From contig JAAYRV010000138.1 in assembly GCA_012518595.1 (NCBI GenBank), forward strand, positions 1 through 44,857: a stretch of DNA of 44,857 nucleotides, in the 5' to 3' direction. The translations under genes and the position numbers were made by a program. Origin of the DNA: Bacillota bacterium. GTDB lineage: Bacteria; Bacillota; SHA-98; UBA4971. Shown here one piece after another: positions 1-10,260 of this stretch (positions within the stretch are counted from its first letter, which is position 1; each line of letters opens with the position of its first letter). A model generated the notes under the pieces. The model did not search any database, had not been told where the DNA came from, and worked only from the letters and a program-made list of their open reading frames with translations.

Positions 1-69
1 ATAGGGGATAACAGTAGTTTCAAGAGCTACCATTACTGCGGACAAAATGACTAAGGCCCGGTACCTCAT
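1..69 (-). CDS. mreD: 5' part of rod shape protein MreD (runs off the window edge)
   Basis: ATG at 69 overlaps the mreC stop (ATGA); reads MRYRALVILSAVMVALETTVIPY, hydrophobic; expected position after mreBC. Confidence 0.6.
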   Translation of the reverse strand, partial: MRYRALVILSAVMVALETTVIPY

Positions 70-941
70 GGCCTATGAACCTCCTCTTCGTGTAAAAGCA
101 TGTCAGACGATGAGGATGGTTCTAAAATAATGAGGGCTTCTTCCAACCTGGCAAAATCCGCAGCAGGTTTAAGGCGTGCCGCGGATCCCACCCCGTACTT
201 GCCGGGAATAAGCTCTACAATCTCGCCTATTATCAAACCTTTCGGATAAATCCCGCCCAGCCCTGAAGACAGGATTTTGTCTCCTATAAGAAGATCAGAC
301 TCCTTTATCAGACTCTTCACAAGACACATCCCCGGAGTTCCGGGATCACCTTCAACAATAACCAGGGAGCGAGTGCTCTGTACAACCCCTCCCACAGCGC
401 TTCTGGGGTCTATGATTAAGAGCGCATTGGCAGTATTCTTAGATACCGATACTACCCGTCCCAGAAGGCCTTCACAAGATACGACAGCCATATCTTTCCC
501 AACGCCATGGCCTGTCCCCTTATTCAATGTCACTGTATTGAGCCAGTTGCCCGGATCTCTCGCAATAATCTCAGCCGCTAATGTCTTATGAGGCATCCTC
601 TCCTGGAAACCTAAAAGCTTTCTGAGTCTTATGTTTTCAAGCCTCTGCTCTTCCAGGTATACGTTTTCAGCTGTAAGCGACGCCACTTCCTGTCTCAAAA
701 CATGGTTTTCACGTACAGAGGAGCTCAGGTCTCTGATGGTTCTCGCAACATTATTTACCCAACCGGCTGTACGAAACAGGCCTGTCTGTACAGGCGCGAG
801 GATCTCGCGAACGACACGTTCCGCCGGTGTCAATCGATCTCGTTCACCTGAAGTTATGTAGATGGTAGCTATTAGGGCCAGCGCTGCTAGCGCCAGGAGC
901 ACTGCGTAAGTCTTACGCCTGGATTCATGTTGCACAAACAA
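66..941 (-). CDS. mreC: Rod shape-determining protein MreC
   Basis: N-terminal TM helix, coiled coil (ENHVLRQEV...ENIRLRKLL), TLNKG..GV and SGLGGIYPKG motifs; follows mreB. Confidence 0.95.
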   Translation of the reverse strand: MFVQHESRRKTYAVLLALAALALIATIYITSGERDRLTPAERVVREILAPVQTGLFRTAGWVNNVARTIRDLSSSVRENHVLRQEVASLTAENVYLEEQRLENIRLRKLLGFQERMPHKTLAAEIIARDPGNWLNTVTLNKGTGHGVGKDMAVVSCEGLLGRVVSVSKNTANALLIIDPRSAVGGVVQSTRSLVIVEGDPGTPGMCLVKSLIKESDLLIGDKILSSGLGGIYPKGLIIGEIVELIPGKYGVGSAARLKPAADFARLEEALIILEPSSSSDMLLHEEEVHRP

Positions 942-965
942 ACCACCCCTGCTGCGCTGTTTTCT

Positions 966-2006
966 TCAACCAACTCTGGAAGAACTGGTTAGCAATCGCT
1001 TGTATCTCTTAAAATCTTCAAGTGCCATGCCTGCACCACGCACAACACACGTAAGAGGGTCTTCAGCTCGGAATACAGGTATTCCCGTTACCTCTTGAAG
1101 CACGAGATCAATGCCTTCGAGGAGGGACGCGCCGCCTGACAGCACTATACCTTTATCAATGATATCAGCAGCGAGTTCAGGAGGAGTCTTCTCCAGGGTT
1201 TGCTTCACGCCGTCAACTATCTCGGCGAGCGGGTCTTTGAGAGCTTGCTCAATTTCCCCGGATGAAACTTGCACAGCCTTTGGCAAACCTGTAACCATAT
1301 CTCTTCCCTTGACCTCCATAAGTTTCTCGGGATCACTGCATGAAGCCGCCCCTATGTTCTTTTTCACATTTTCAGCAGTCTTTGATCCGATTATAACGTT
1401 ATGAGTCCTTTTTACATACTGCATTATCGCATCGTCCATCTCATCCCCTGCGACACGAATAGATCTTGACACAACTATGCCACCTAACGAAATCACGGCA
1501 ATCTCTGTTGTTCCTCCGCCGATATCCACAATCATATTTCCTGACGGCATGAACACAGGCAACCCTGCGCCGACAGCCGCAGCCAGCGGCTCTTCAATCA
1601 CATATGCCTCTCTGGCCCCTGCCTGCAGTGCAGCATCCACTACCGCTCTTTTCTCAACCGCGGTAACACCTGACGGCACTCCGATAATGACCCTGGGCCT
1701 GACAAGACCTTTCCCATTGTGAGCTTTGACAACAAAGTGGCGCAACATAATCTCGGTCATGTCAAAGTCAGCTATTACACCGTCTCTAAGCGGACGAATT
1801 ACATTAATATTGCCCGGGGTCTTCCCTACCATTCGGTTGGCTTCTTCTCCTGCCTGAAGCAGGCTGCCTGAATCTTTACGAATCGCTACCACTGAAGGTT
1901 CTCTGAGTACCACGCCTGCTCGTTTTATGTAAACCAACGAATTCGCAGTCCCCAGATCAATGGCAAGGTCCCTGGAAAACAGCGCAAGAATTGGGTCAAA
2001 GATCAT
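966..2006 (-). CDS. mreB: Actin-like rod shape protein MreB
   Basis: DLAIDLGTAN, EPLAAA, VDIGGGTTE, LSGGASLL motifs; start placed at ATG 2006 after RBS AAAGGAGA. Confidence 0.97.
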   Translation of the reverse strand: MIFDPILALFSRDLAIDLGTANSLVYIKRAGVVLREPSVVAIRKDSGSLLQAGEEANRMVGKTPGNINVIRPLRDGVIADFDMTEIMLRHFVVKAHNGKGLVRPRVIIGVPSGVTAVEKRAVVDAALQAGAREAYVIEEPLAAAVGAGLPVFMPSGNMIVDIGGGTTEIAVISLGGIVVSRSIRVAGDEMDDAIMQYVKRTHNVIIGSKTAENVKKNIGAASCSDPEKLMEVKGRDMVTGLPKAVQVSSGEIEQALKDPLAEIVDGVKQTLEKTPPELAADIIDKGIVLSGGASLLEGIDLVLQEVTGIPVFRAEDPLTCVVRGAGMALEDFKRYKRLLTSSSRVG

Positions 2007-2025
2007 GCTACTTATTCTCCTTTCT

Positions 2026-2811
2026 TTATGCATCAAACTCGAGGCAGCCGGACTCCGGAGACTCCCAGTCCATTGAAGCTATCATTCGACGTTCGACCGG
2101 TTCTCTATCCATGAAGCCAAGTTCTTTCAGACTCTTATACCTGTTATCTCCGACAATTATGTGATCAAGGACTTCAATTCCCAGAATCAATCCGCAACTC
2201 GCCAGCCTGCGCGTGATAGCAATATCAGCATCACTGGGAGTAGGATCGCCGCTGGGATGATTATGAACAAGAATTACTCTGGCGCAATTCCTTCTCACGC
2301 ACTCCTTAAAGACCTCTCTCGGATGGGCAAGAGAACTGTCGAGGCTGCCGATGGAGATGGTAACCAGATCTTCCACCCTGTTCTTTGCGTTCAGGATCAC
2401 CACTTTGAAATGCTCTCTATCCAGATAGCGCATATCCCCGACTATCAGCTCTGCCACATCCTGGGGCCCGTTTATCTGAACAAGATCCTCAGGCTCAAGC
2501 ATAAAAGCTCTTCTGCCCAGTTCTATTGCGGCTTTGATTTGGACTGCTTTTGCAGGCCCAATCCCTTTATGAGTGGCTAAGTCTTGTGTAGAGGTAGAAG
2601 CCATACCCCGAACCCCGCCGAATACCTGCAACAAGGAGTTGGCGAGCGCTAAAGCGGATTGGCCGCGGACTCCCGTGCGTAAAATGATTGATGTGAGTTC
2701 AGCTGAAGACAGGGCAGAAGGACCGACGCGGAGGAGACGCTCTCTAGGCCTTTCGCTGGCAGGCATCTGCCGAATAGTAGAGGACACCCTCTTTTTGAGT
2801 TTTCCCGACAA
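2026..2811 (-). CDS. radC: RadC/JAB-domain protein
   Basis: RPRERL, HhH GIGPAKA, HPREVF and HNHPSGDPTPS..D JAB motif; maf-radC-mreB synteny. Confidence 0.95.
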   Translation of the reverse strand: MSGKLKKRVSSTIRQMPASERPRERLLRVGPSALSSAELTSIILRTGVRGQSALALANSLLQVFGGVRGMASTSTQDLATHKGIGPAKAVQIKAAIELGRRAFMLEPEDLVQINGPQDVAELIVGDMRYLDREHFKVVILNAKNRVEDLVTISIGSLDSSLAHPREVFKECVRRNCARVILVHNHPSGDPTPSDADIAITRRLASCGLILGIEVLDHIIVGDNRYKSLKELGFMDREPVERRMIASMDWESPESGCLEFDA

Positions 2812-2817
2812 GCCTCG

Positions 2818-3444
2818 TCACCTCCTGAATAGCTCGTTGTAAATATTAATCCCAATATCGGAGAAAATATTTGGCAACTTTGCCAATGGAAGGCCAACTA
2901 CATTGAAATAGCAGCCCTTTATGCTCTCTATGAATATTCCCCCTCGCCCCTGTATAGCGTAAGCCCCGGCTTTCCCCAAAGGCTCTCCGCTTTCGACATA
3001 AGTCTTAATTGCCTGGCAAGAGAGGTCTTTCATTCGAACTCCGGTAACCTCATGACACGAACTGCGTGCTCCTGTCGATGCATCCAACACAGTTACACCG
3101 GTCACAACATGATGCCAACGGCCTGACAAGAGGCTTAACATCCCTTCTGCCGCTTCTTGATTTTCCGGCTTTCCGAGGATCTCATCATCTAAAACAACAA
3201 CTGTATCAGCTGCTATTATTACTTTGTCCCTTAAATGCTCCGCAACATGTTGAGCTTTCGCCTGAGAAAGAGATATTACCTTGTCTCGAGGGCCGTCAGA
3301 GGGAATATCATCTTCCCGAATTCTGCTGGGCACAACTTCAAAGCTGAGGCCGATCTGTCTCAGTAAGGCAGCTCGCGCAGGTGAAGCAGAAGCCAGAACA
3401 AATCCAAGGCTCCTCGGGCCCGGGCTATGGAGATTCATTACCAT
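2818..3444 (-). CDS. maf: Maf-family nucleotide pyrophosphatase
   Basis: LASASP, ADTVV, LGKP, KAGAYAIQG, NVVGLP motifs. Confidence 0.95.
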   Translation of the reverse strand: MVMNLHSPGPRSLGFVLASASPARAALLRQIGLSFEVVPSRIREDDIPSDGPRDKVISLSQAKAQHVAEHLRDKVIIAADTVVVLDDEILGKPENQEAAEGMLSLLSGRWHHVVTGVTVLDASTGARSSCHEVTGVRMKDLSCQAIKTYVESGEPLGKAGAYAIQGRGGIFIESIKGCYFNVVGLPLAKLPNIFSDIGINIYNELFRR

Positions 3445-3488
3445 GGCCTCCTACGGGTTAACCCTTACAACAATCGATATGTTTACAA

Positions 3489-4601
3489 CTAATGCATTTC
3501 CTCGAACCCTTTGGAAAACACCGTGTTCCCGTCACTTGTCACTATCATAGCGGAGGCTCCGTCCAGAGTCTCGATGAACCTTATGCCTTCATCCGGTCCT
3601 AACACAAAAACAGCTGTGGACAGCATGTCCGCATATAATGAATCCTTCGCCATCACAGTTACGCTCCATACTGTCTCAACAGGCATTCCTGTTTCCGGAT
3701 GCAAAATGTGGTGGTACCTCCTGCCGTCATGAACAAAAAATCTTTCATAGTCTCCGGAAGTAGCCACTGCACAATTGACTACAGACAACGTTGGGCCGAT
3801 TGTGTCTTCCATGCTTTCGCCCCTGGGATCCCGAATACCGATTTGCCACGGTTTCCCGTCAGGACGCGAGCCAACTGTAACAATGTTTCCCCCCGCATCA
3901 ATCAGCGCGTGAGAGATTCCGTGTTCTTGAAGAATCCGCGCTCCTTCCCTGGCTGCATATCCTTTTGCAACCCCGCCCAGATCAATTGACATCCCTTCTA
4001 TAGGCAACCTGACAGTCCTATTTAGCGGATCAAGCTCCAAAAGCTCCCATCCGATTAAAGAACGGGCTTGCTCTATCTCGCAAGCGTCAGGAACAGCGTG
4101 ATCCTCGGCACCAAAATCCCACACTTCCATGAGTGGGCCTATGGTAATATCAAAGGCTCCGTTTGTGAGACCGGCACACTTGACAGCCTCCTCTATGACG
4201 TAAAATGTCTCTTCACTGACCTTGACAGACTCGCCTCCGGCACCTTCATTTATGCGGGAAACATCGCTATCCGGAACATACCTGCTCATCAGTGATTCAA
4301 TTCTCCGCATCTCATCGAATGCAGCCTGCATTGCCTGCTCAGAGTTGGGCCCTATAGCCCGAATGGAAACAAAGGTATCCATTAAAAACTCGCTCCGGGA
4401 GCTCTCTTTACTGTCGTTTTCAGCCTGAGTGCGCGAAACATCCAAAGGAAGATTACGAACCGACCATGAGAAGCCATACGAGCCGGAGCGTATCACTGCG
4501 TACCCTGCCATAAGAATAACCACTAATAGAAAAATCCCTAAAAATAAACGTCTACGTAGTATCGTAGCCTGCCTATGTCTCCTGCCATACTCCCATTTCA
4601 A
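3489..4601 (-). CDS. apbE: FAD:protein FMN transferase (ApbE family), membrane anchored
   Basis: MDT, GAFDITIGPL, DLGGVAKGYA, ATSGDYER, HHILHP, ADMLST motifs; N-terminal TM; start probably TTG 4601 after a G-rich RBS (ORF track extends to 4664). Confidence 0.93.
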   Translation of the reverse strand: MKWEYGRRHRQATILRRRLFLGIFLLVVILMAGYAVIRSGSYGFSWSVRNLPLDVSRTQAENDSKESSRSEFLMDTFVSIRAIGPNSEQAMQAAFDEMRRIESLMSRYVPDSDVSRINEGAGGESVKVSEETFYVIEEAVKCAGLTNGAFDITIGPLMEVWDFGAEDHAVPDACEIEQARSLIGWELLELDPLNRTVRLPIEGMSIDLGGVAKGYAAREGARILQEHGISHALIDAGGNIVTVGSRPDGKPWQIGIRDPRGESMEDTIGPTLSVVNCAVATSGDYERFFVHDGRRYHHILHPETGMPVETVWSVTVMAKDSLYADMLSTAVFVLGPDEGIRFIETLDGASAMIVTSDGNTVFSKGFEEMH

Positions 4602-4775
4602 GCAGGAATCGCCCCCCTCGGTATCTTTCCAATTCAGTGTATCACTTCTCATATGCAGTGACAAGCAGCCATTTTGGGTTAACCTGAAGTTCCCTCACAC
4701 TAAAGAAGGATGATGTTTAGGTTGACGTATGTTGGTAATGCTAATTACAAACATTCCCGAAGGGAAGTGGGTCTT

Positions 4776-5006
4776 GTGGCAAAGAAAAAGAAGAATAAAG
4801 AACGTTCAAAGAACGTACGGGGCATCGACAGGCTTAAGTTTGAAACTGCGGAACAGCTTGGCTTAAGTGATGATTTGAGAGATCCGGATGAGCTTACGGT
4901 AAGAGAAGCAGGCAAAGTCGGAGGCGCCATGGTAAGGAAATTGGTGAAAAAAGGGAAGCAGGCAATTGCAAAAGAAACTTCAAGAAAGCCTGACAGAAAT
5001 CTTTAG
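4776..5006 (+). CDS. Small acid-soluble spore protein (alpha/beta or SspF-like)
   Basis: LKFETAEQLGL...LTVREAGKVGGAMVRKLV matches the SASP pattern; GTG start at 4776 after AAGGGAAG. Confidence 0.85.
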   Translation: MAKKKKNKERSKNVRGIDRLKFETAEQLGLSDDLRDPDELTVREAGKVGGAMVRKLVKKGKQAIAKETSRKPDRNL

Positions 5007-5053
5007 GTAAGCCAGAAAGATCCATGCCATTCCTCCGGGCAGATAATGGACGA

Positions 5054-5109
5054 AGAGTTGCCGGTTGAGCAGGTGGCATACTATAACCCCGCCTGACACC
5101 GGCAACTCT
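5054..5109. terminator. Stem-loop between convergent SASP and rnfB genes
   Basis: AGAGTTGCCGGT...ACCGGCAACTCT 12-bp perfect stem plus inner CAGGTGG/CCGCCTG stem. Confidence 0.6.
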
Positions 5110-5115
5110 CATTTT

Positions 5116-5946
5116 CTAACTTGCGCTGGCAGCCTCATCTACGATAACAGGCTTATCCTTCATCACAATACATTTAGTCGGACATTTCTCAACACAAATA
5201 CCGCAGGCGTCACACTCTTCGCAATTAATAACAGCAAGGTTATCCTCGAGCGTGATAGCGCCCTTCGGACATGCCTTCTGACATATTCCACACCCAATGC
5301 ACCCGATTTTGCAGGTCTTCCTGACCTCAGCGCCTCTCCCTTTTGAGCGACAAAGCACTGTAACCTGCTGTGACATGGGCATAAGTTGTATTGTTCCCCT
5401 GGGGCACGCTTCAACACACATACCACAAGATGTGCATTTTGTCTCATCGACAACCGGCAGCCCGAGAGGTCCCATGTGAATAGCGTCAAACTTGCACACA
5501 TCGACACAGGATCCTAAGCCGAGGCATCCATACACACATGACTTGGCACCGCCTGCAATCGCAGTCTGAGCCTTACATTGCTGAAGTCCGTCATAAACAT
5601 ACCTCAACCCGCATTTGTCGTCACTGCCTTGGCAGAGAACCCTTGCTACTTTCTTCTCTGTCTGAGACGTGAGTTCAACGCCCATAATAGACGCAATCTT
5701 AGACGCTACTTCATTTCCCGAAACCGGACACGCATTGCAAGGCGCATCCCCTGCCACTATCGACGCAGCCAAACCGCTGCACCCGGGAAATCCGCATGCG
5801 CCACAATTGGCTCCCGGCAGGAGCCCGCATATCTCATCCTGCCTCGGATCCTGTTCCACGTGGAATTTCCTGGCTGCGACAGCAAGAACAACTCCAAAGA
5901 CCGCTCCGGTCAGCCCGAGAACTAATACTGCCGGTACAACTGCCAT
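5116..5946 (-). CDS. rnfB: Rnf complex subunit B (polyferredoxin)
   Basis: N-terminal TM, LPGANCGACGFPGC, several CxxCxxCxxxCP motifs. Confidence 0.95.
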   Translation of the reverse strand: MAVVPAVLVLGLTGAVFGVVLAVAARKFHVEQDPRQDEICGLLPGANCGACGFPGCSGLAASIVAGDAPCNACPVSGNEVASKIASIMGVELTSQTEKKVARVLCQGSDDKCGLRYVYDGLQQCKAQTAIAGGAKSCVYGCLGLGSCVDVCKFDAIHMGPLGLPVVDETKCTSCGMCVEACPRGTIQLMPMSQQVTVLCRSKGRGAEVRKTCKIGCIGCGICQKACPKGAITLEDNLAVINCEECDACGICVEKCPTKCIVMKDKPVIVDEAASAS

Positions 5947-5969
5947 CTAATATCACCTCTCATCGCCAC

Positions 5970-6569
5970 CTACATCACTCCGAACAAGGCTTCCAATCTA
6001 AAGCCTGCAAAGCCTAAGAACGCCATTGACATGAGTCCGGCAGTTATCAAGGCTATGGGAAAGCCCTTTAGGGATTCGGGGATCTCACTAAGTTCCATTC
6101 TCTCCCTAATTGCAGCAAACAGTATTATCGCCAGGGCAAAGCCGGATGCGCCTGCCACACCGTTAACTGCAGCCTCTAACAGGTTATAGCTTTCCGATAT
6201 GTTTAGGATCGTCACGCCGAGAACTGCACAGTTCGTTGTAATCAACGGAAGATAAATGCCCAAGGCTTGGTACAGCGTTGGACTTGTTTTCTGTATTACC
6301 ATCTCCACCAGTTGCACCAAAGCCGCAATAATAAGGATAAACCCTATCGTCTGAAGGTATTCAAGCCCCAGTGGGACAAGGATCATGTTATGGAAGAACC
6401 ATGTAACTACTGAGGCAAGCCCCATGACGAAGATTACGGCTGCACTCATGCCTGCAGCTGTGTCCACTCGCTGGGATATTCCGATAAACGGACAAATCCC
6501 GAGGAACCTGGAAAGGATGAAATTATTCAAAAGCACTCCGCCGAAGAATATGACCAGCAACTTCCCCAT
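5970..6569 (-). CDS. rnfA: Rnf complex subunit A
   Basis: FLGICPF, YLPLITTNCAVLG; multi-TM. Confidence 0.95.
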   Translation of the reverse strand: MGKLLVIFFGGVLLNNFILSRFLGICPFIGISQRVDTAAGMSAAVIFVMGLASVVTWFFHNMILVPLGLEYLQTIGFILIIAALVQLVEMVIQKTSPTLYQALGIYLPLITTNCAVLGVTILNISESYNLLEAAVNGVAGASGFALAIILFAAIRERMELSEIPESLKGFPIALITAGLMSMAFLGFAGFRLEALFGVM

Positions 6570-6572
6570 ATT

Positions 6573-7205
6573 CTATCCCTCCTGCGCCCTCTTGTTCTTC
6601 CTATTAGCCACCAAATTCAAGAGGCCTATTAAAAGCCCCAGGGTAATGAACCCACCGGGTGGAAGGATTACCATGACCGCAGCCAAGCTCTGGTCAAAAA
6701 CTCGAATCCCCGGGAACCCGAAATCAGGGATGGCCAAAAGAGTCCCTGTGCCAAGCAGCTCTCTTATCGCGCTTAGCCCACATAAAGCTAAGGTCCATCC
6801 AAGCCCCATACCGAGTCCGTCAGCTAATGAATCCACTATCCCATGCTGGAAAGCAAAAGCTTCCGCTCTTGCAAAAATAATGCAGTTGACCACTATGAGC
6901 GGAATGAATATTCCCAGCACTTCATGGAGGTCAGGCAAAAAAGCCGCCATGATTAAATCCACCGTTGTAACGAACGTGGCAATAACCACGACAAAAATCG
7001 GTATCCTGATCTTCTCAGGTGTAACTTTCCTGAGAGCCGATATAATGACGTTTGAGCCCACAAGCACAAACGTAGCAGCGAGCCCCATACCTATCCCATT
7101 AGATATAGCCAAGCTCGTCGCGAGAGTCGGACACATCCCAAGAAGCATCCGAAAAGTAGGATTTTCCTTGATGATGCCTTTACTGAATTCAGACTTAAAG
7201 CTCAT
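6573..7205 (-). CDS. rnfE: Rnf complex subunit E
   Basis: ENP..LLGMCPTLA, FIPLIVVNC, RELLG, PPGGF. Confidence 0.95.
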   Translation of the reverse strand: MSFKSEFSKGIIKENPTFRMLLGMCPTLATSLAISNGIGMGLAATFVLVGSNVIISALRKVTPEKIRIPIFVVVIATFVTTVDLIMAAFLPDLHEVLGIFIPLIVVNCIIFARAEAFAFQHGIVDSLADGLGMGLGWTLALCGLSAIRELLGTGTLLAIPDFGFPGIRVFDQSLAAVMVILPPGGFITLGLLIGLLNLVANRKNKRAQEG

Positions 7206-7803
7206 TTTCCGGAGCCCCCTTGTCAGTTACAACCTCAAAGACTTGAAGAGCTTCATTTACTGCGTTTGCCACAGCCCTGGAAGAAACAGTGGCGCCGGTA
7301 ATCGCGTCAATATCGCCGCCGTCTTTCTTCACCTTTACCTCTGTTCCTACAGGAATTCCCACGAATCTCATTTGAAACTCGCGGTTCGCAATATTTGCGC
7401 CGAGTCCGGGCGTCTCAGTATGGCGAATGACGGAAACGCCTGATACCTTACGGTCAGAAGACACACCTACCACGGTCTCAATAGGCCCGCCGTATCCTGA
7501 CGGAGAACACATAAATGCAAAACCTCTACGTTCACCTTGTGAATAACCTGTGTACATCTTGTCAGTAATGGTAAAACGCGGTTTTCCTTCCTGCGAGGCT
7601 TCTTGTTTCAACTCTTGAAGCGCCTCTTGCTCATCACGAAATTCATCAGCTTCAGGGAGCACATCTCTTAAAGCCTGCTCTAGCTTGATAGTTGCCTGTG
7701 CTGCAATGCGGTCGCTAGTGATCCCATTAACAAATGCTAAGACAGCGCCGGCAACTGCGCATATTACAAGAAGCACAACACCTAACCGCAATACCTCACG
7801 CAC
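7195..7803 (-). CDS. rnfG: Rnf complex subunit G (FMN-binding)
   Basis: GYGG, HTETPGLG, DAITGATVSS flavinylation motif. Confidence 0.95.
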   Translation of the reverse strand: MREVLRLGVVLLVICAVAGAVLAFVNGITSDRIAAQATIKLEQALRDVLPEADEFRDEQEALQELKQEASQEGKPRFTITDKMYTGYSQGERRGFAFMCSPSGYGGPIETVVGVSSDRKVSGVSVIRHTETPGLGANIANREFQMRFVGIPVGTEVKVKKDGGDIDAITGATVSSRAVANAVNEALQVFEVVTDKGAPENEL

Positions 7804-8749
7804 CCTTCTTCACCTCTCCGAACTTCCTTGGTATGGTGTATCTCTCCACCAGAGCCGTCGCAGCGTTCATTATGAGAATCGCATAACAAACACCTTCGGG
7901 ATATCCTCCGTAAAGCCGTATCAAGGTTACAAGGATGCCGCATCCGACCCCGAAAATTATCTGACCCCTGGGCGTCACAGGACTGGTAACATAGTCCGTA
8001 GCCATGAAAAACGCGCCTAGAAGAAGGCCTCCTGACAGTATGTGAAACACCGGGTCTTGCCCGAAAAGCGCTGTTAGCACAGCGACAGTGCCTACAAAGC
8101 TAAGAGGAATTCTAAGGCTTATATGGCCTCGATAAACAAGGTACGCCGCGCCCACCAGAATGGCAAGGGCTGAAGTCTCACCGATACAGCCTGCAACCTG
8201 TCCTAAGAATAAGTTAATATAAGGCGCCTTAATCTTCATGTACTTCATGAGAACCAGAGGCGTCGCAGTGGTCAGAGCATCAAACCTCGGTATCCAAGCT
8301 GCCTCATAAATCGGCCAACGCCATCTGGTCATAAACACCGGCCATGAAGCTAAGAGAAACGCCCTGCCGATAAGTGCAGGATTGAATATGTTTTGACCTA
8401 ACCCTCCAAAAGTGAACTTGGCTATGGCTATGGAGAATATTGACCCAATAGCCCCTGCCCACAGCGGCAAATCAGGGGGAACAATAAGAGCCAGTAATAA
8501 GCCGGTAACAGCTGCGCTGTAGTCTCTCACCGTTAAGGGTTTGCCACAGAGCTTCTCCAGGGCCGCCTCTGTTATAACCGCTGACCCCACACATACTGCC
8601 ATCATAAAAAGCGCCGGCAATCCGAAAAACCATACACCTGCAAGAGATGCAGGCATGAGCGCTAAGATAACGTCACTCATTATTATCGGAGTTGAGACAG
8701 TCGTGTGTTGGTGAGGCGATGAAGATACTATGAGTCCGCTACCTTCCAT
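7796..8749 (-). CDS. rnfD: Rnf complex subunit D
   Basis: SSSPH, FGGLGQNIFNPA, DALTTATPL, GCIGETS, FMATDYVTSP. Confidence 0.95.
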   Translation of the reverse strand: MEGSGLIVSSSPHQHTTVSTPIIMSDVILALMPASLAGVWFFGLPALFMMAVCVGSAVITEAALEKLCGKPLTVRDYSAAVTGLLLALIVPPDLPLWAGAIGSIFSIAIAKFTFGGLGQNIFNPALIGRAFLLASWPVFMTRWRWPIYEAAWIPRFDALTTATPLVLMKYMKIKAPYINLFLGQVAGCIGETSALAILVGAAYLVYRGHISLRIPLSFVGTVAVLTALFGQDPVFHILSGGLLLGAFFMATDYVTSPVTPRGQIIFGVGCGILVTLIRLYGGYPEGVCYAILIMNAATALVERYTIPRKFGEVKKGA

Positions 8750-8805
8750 TTCCTAATCCCTCCGAACTCCCACTAATCAAAGCTTCCAAAATTCTCATCA
8801 AGAAT

Positions 8806-10134
8806 TCATCCTCGCCTGGCGCTCTGCTTTGCCCTGATTTCAGCTTTCGCTAACCGAATCCCCTGCACTAATCGTCGCCGTGAGGGACAGACAAAGCTGC
8901 AACACCCGCACTCTATACAATCTAGCGCGCCTAGTTTCTCACAATCATCAAACCTTCCGGCTTCCTGATAACCTGATAGCCAAAGAGGCATGAGATTCAT
9001 TGGGCACGCGTCGACACACTTTCCACATCTTATGCATGGGAGCACATCTTCCACGACAACTTCCTTCTCTGAAAGAAGCAGTACCCCTGACGTGCCTTTT
9101 GTGACGGGAATATCTGTAGTATACTGCGCTATACCCATCATAGGCCCGCCGATTATCACCTTTTTCGGAGGAATTTGGATCCCGCCGCACGCCTCAATAA
9201 GGTCATTCACCAAAGCGCCAATGGGAACCATTAGATTCTTCGGTTCTTTTATGCAGCTTCCGGTTACGGTAACAACTCGCCTTACAAGTGGCATGCCGTC
9301 AATAACCGCCTCTTTAACCGCAACAGCGGTACCTACGTTATTTACTACTACACCGACGTCCACCGGTAGACCGCCAGAGGGCACTTCCCTCCCTAAAATT
9401 GCGAAGATCAGCTGTTTCTCCGCACCTTGCGGGTACTTGACTCCAAGAGGCGCAATTTCAATTCCCGGATCTCCCTTTGCAGCTTCTCTCAAGGCAGAGA
9501 TTGCGTCAGGTTTATTGTTCTCAATCCCTATTACCGCCCGTTCCACTCCTATAGCTTTCATAAGCAATCCGGCCCCGGTCACAACGTCAAAAGGACGCTC
9601 TACCATAAGCCTATGGTCAGCGGAAAGATAAGGCTCGCACTCTGCCCCATTGAGCAACAGGGTGTCAAAGGTCTTGCCCGCAGGCGGGGTAAGCTTAAAA
9701 TACGTGGGAAACGCCGCTCCTCCGAGTCCTACTATGCCGGCTTCTCGAATTATGCCGATGAGCTCCTTCTCACCTAGCTCATCAACACTCGTCCGCATCT
9801 TGATGCTCTCATCCGGAGTGCCCTGCCCGTCAGACTCAATCACGATAGAAAGCCCGTCTACACCGCTTGACTGAGGGTGTTTCGCTATAGCTTTGACCTT
9901 TCCTGACACACTGGCATGAACCGGAGCAGTAAGAGCCGCTTTGCTATCCCCTATCTTCTGCCCGACCCTTACATCATCGCCCACCTTCACTAAAGGCTCA
10001 CACGGAGCGCCGGTATGCTGATGAAGAGGGATCACAACCTTCCCGGGAGAAGGCATAGACGTGATTGGTTTCCGAAACGTCGCATCTTTGTTGTAGCGGG
10101 GATGGACTCCTCCTTTGAAAGTCCTAAGTGCCAT
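8806..10134 (-). CDS. rnfC: Rnf complex subunit C (NADH/FMN, 2x[4Fe-4S])
   Basis: FKGGVHP, GLGGAAFPT, NGAECEPY, YPQGAEK, CIRCGKCVDACP, CIECGCCSFVCP; ATG 10134 after RBS. Confidence 0.96.
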   Translation of the reverse strand: MALRTFKGGVHPRYNKDATFRKPITSMPSPGKVVIPLHQHTGAPCEPLVKVGDDVRVGQKIGDSKAALTAPVHASVSGKVKAIAKHPQSSGVDGLSIVIESDGQGTPDESIKMRTSVDELGEKELIGIIREAGIVGLGGAAFPTYFKLTPPAGKTFDTLLLNGAECEPYLSADHRLMVERPFDVVTGAGLLMKAIGVERAVIGIENNKPDAISALREAAKGDPGIEIAPLGVKYPQGAEKQLIFAILGREVPSGGLPVDVGVVVNNVGTAVAVKEAVIDGMPLVRRVVTVTGSCIKEPKNLMVPIGALVNDLIEACGGIQIPPKKVIIGGPMMGIAQYTTDIPVTKGTSGVLLLSEKEVVVEDVLPCIRCGKCVDACPMNLMPLWLSGYQEAGRFDDCEKLGALDCIECGCCSFVCPSRRRLVQGIRLAKAEIRAKQSARRG

Positions 10135-10260
10135 GTTTTCAAATACTCCCCCTTCCGACAATTTCCCAATGTCCTATTCTAACAAAATACCTCAAGAAAC
10201 GCGAGTAGGCGCAAAGCGCCATGATTCCCTCGTGTAATTCCTCTTAATAACCCCTATAAG

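Noticed and set aside
4727-4757. sigG promoter for the SASP gene
   Set aside because: GTATG fits a -35 but the -10 match and spacing are poor; expected biologically but not supportable by eye
6385-7443. 352-aa plus-strand ORF
   Set aside because: Antisense shadow of rnfA/E/G; no recognisable motifs or RBS
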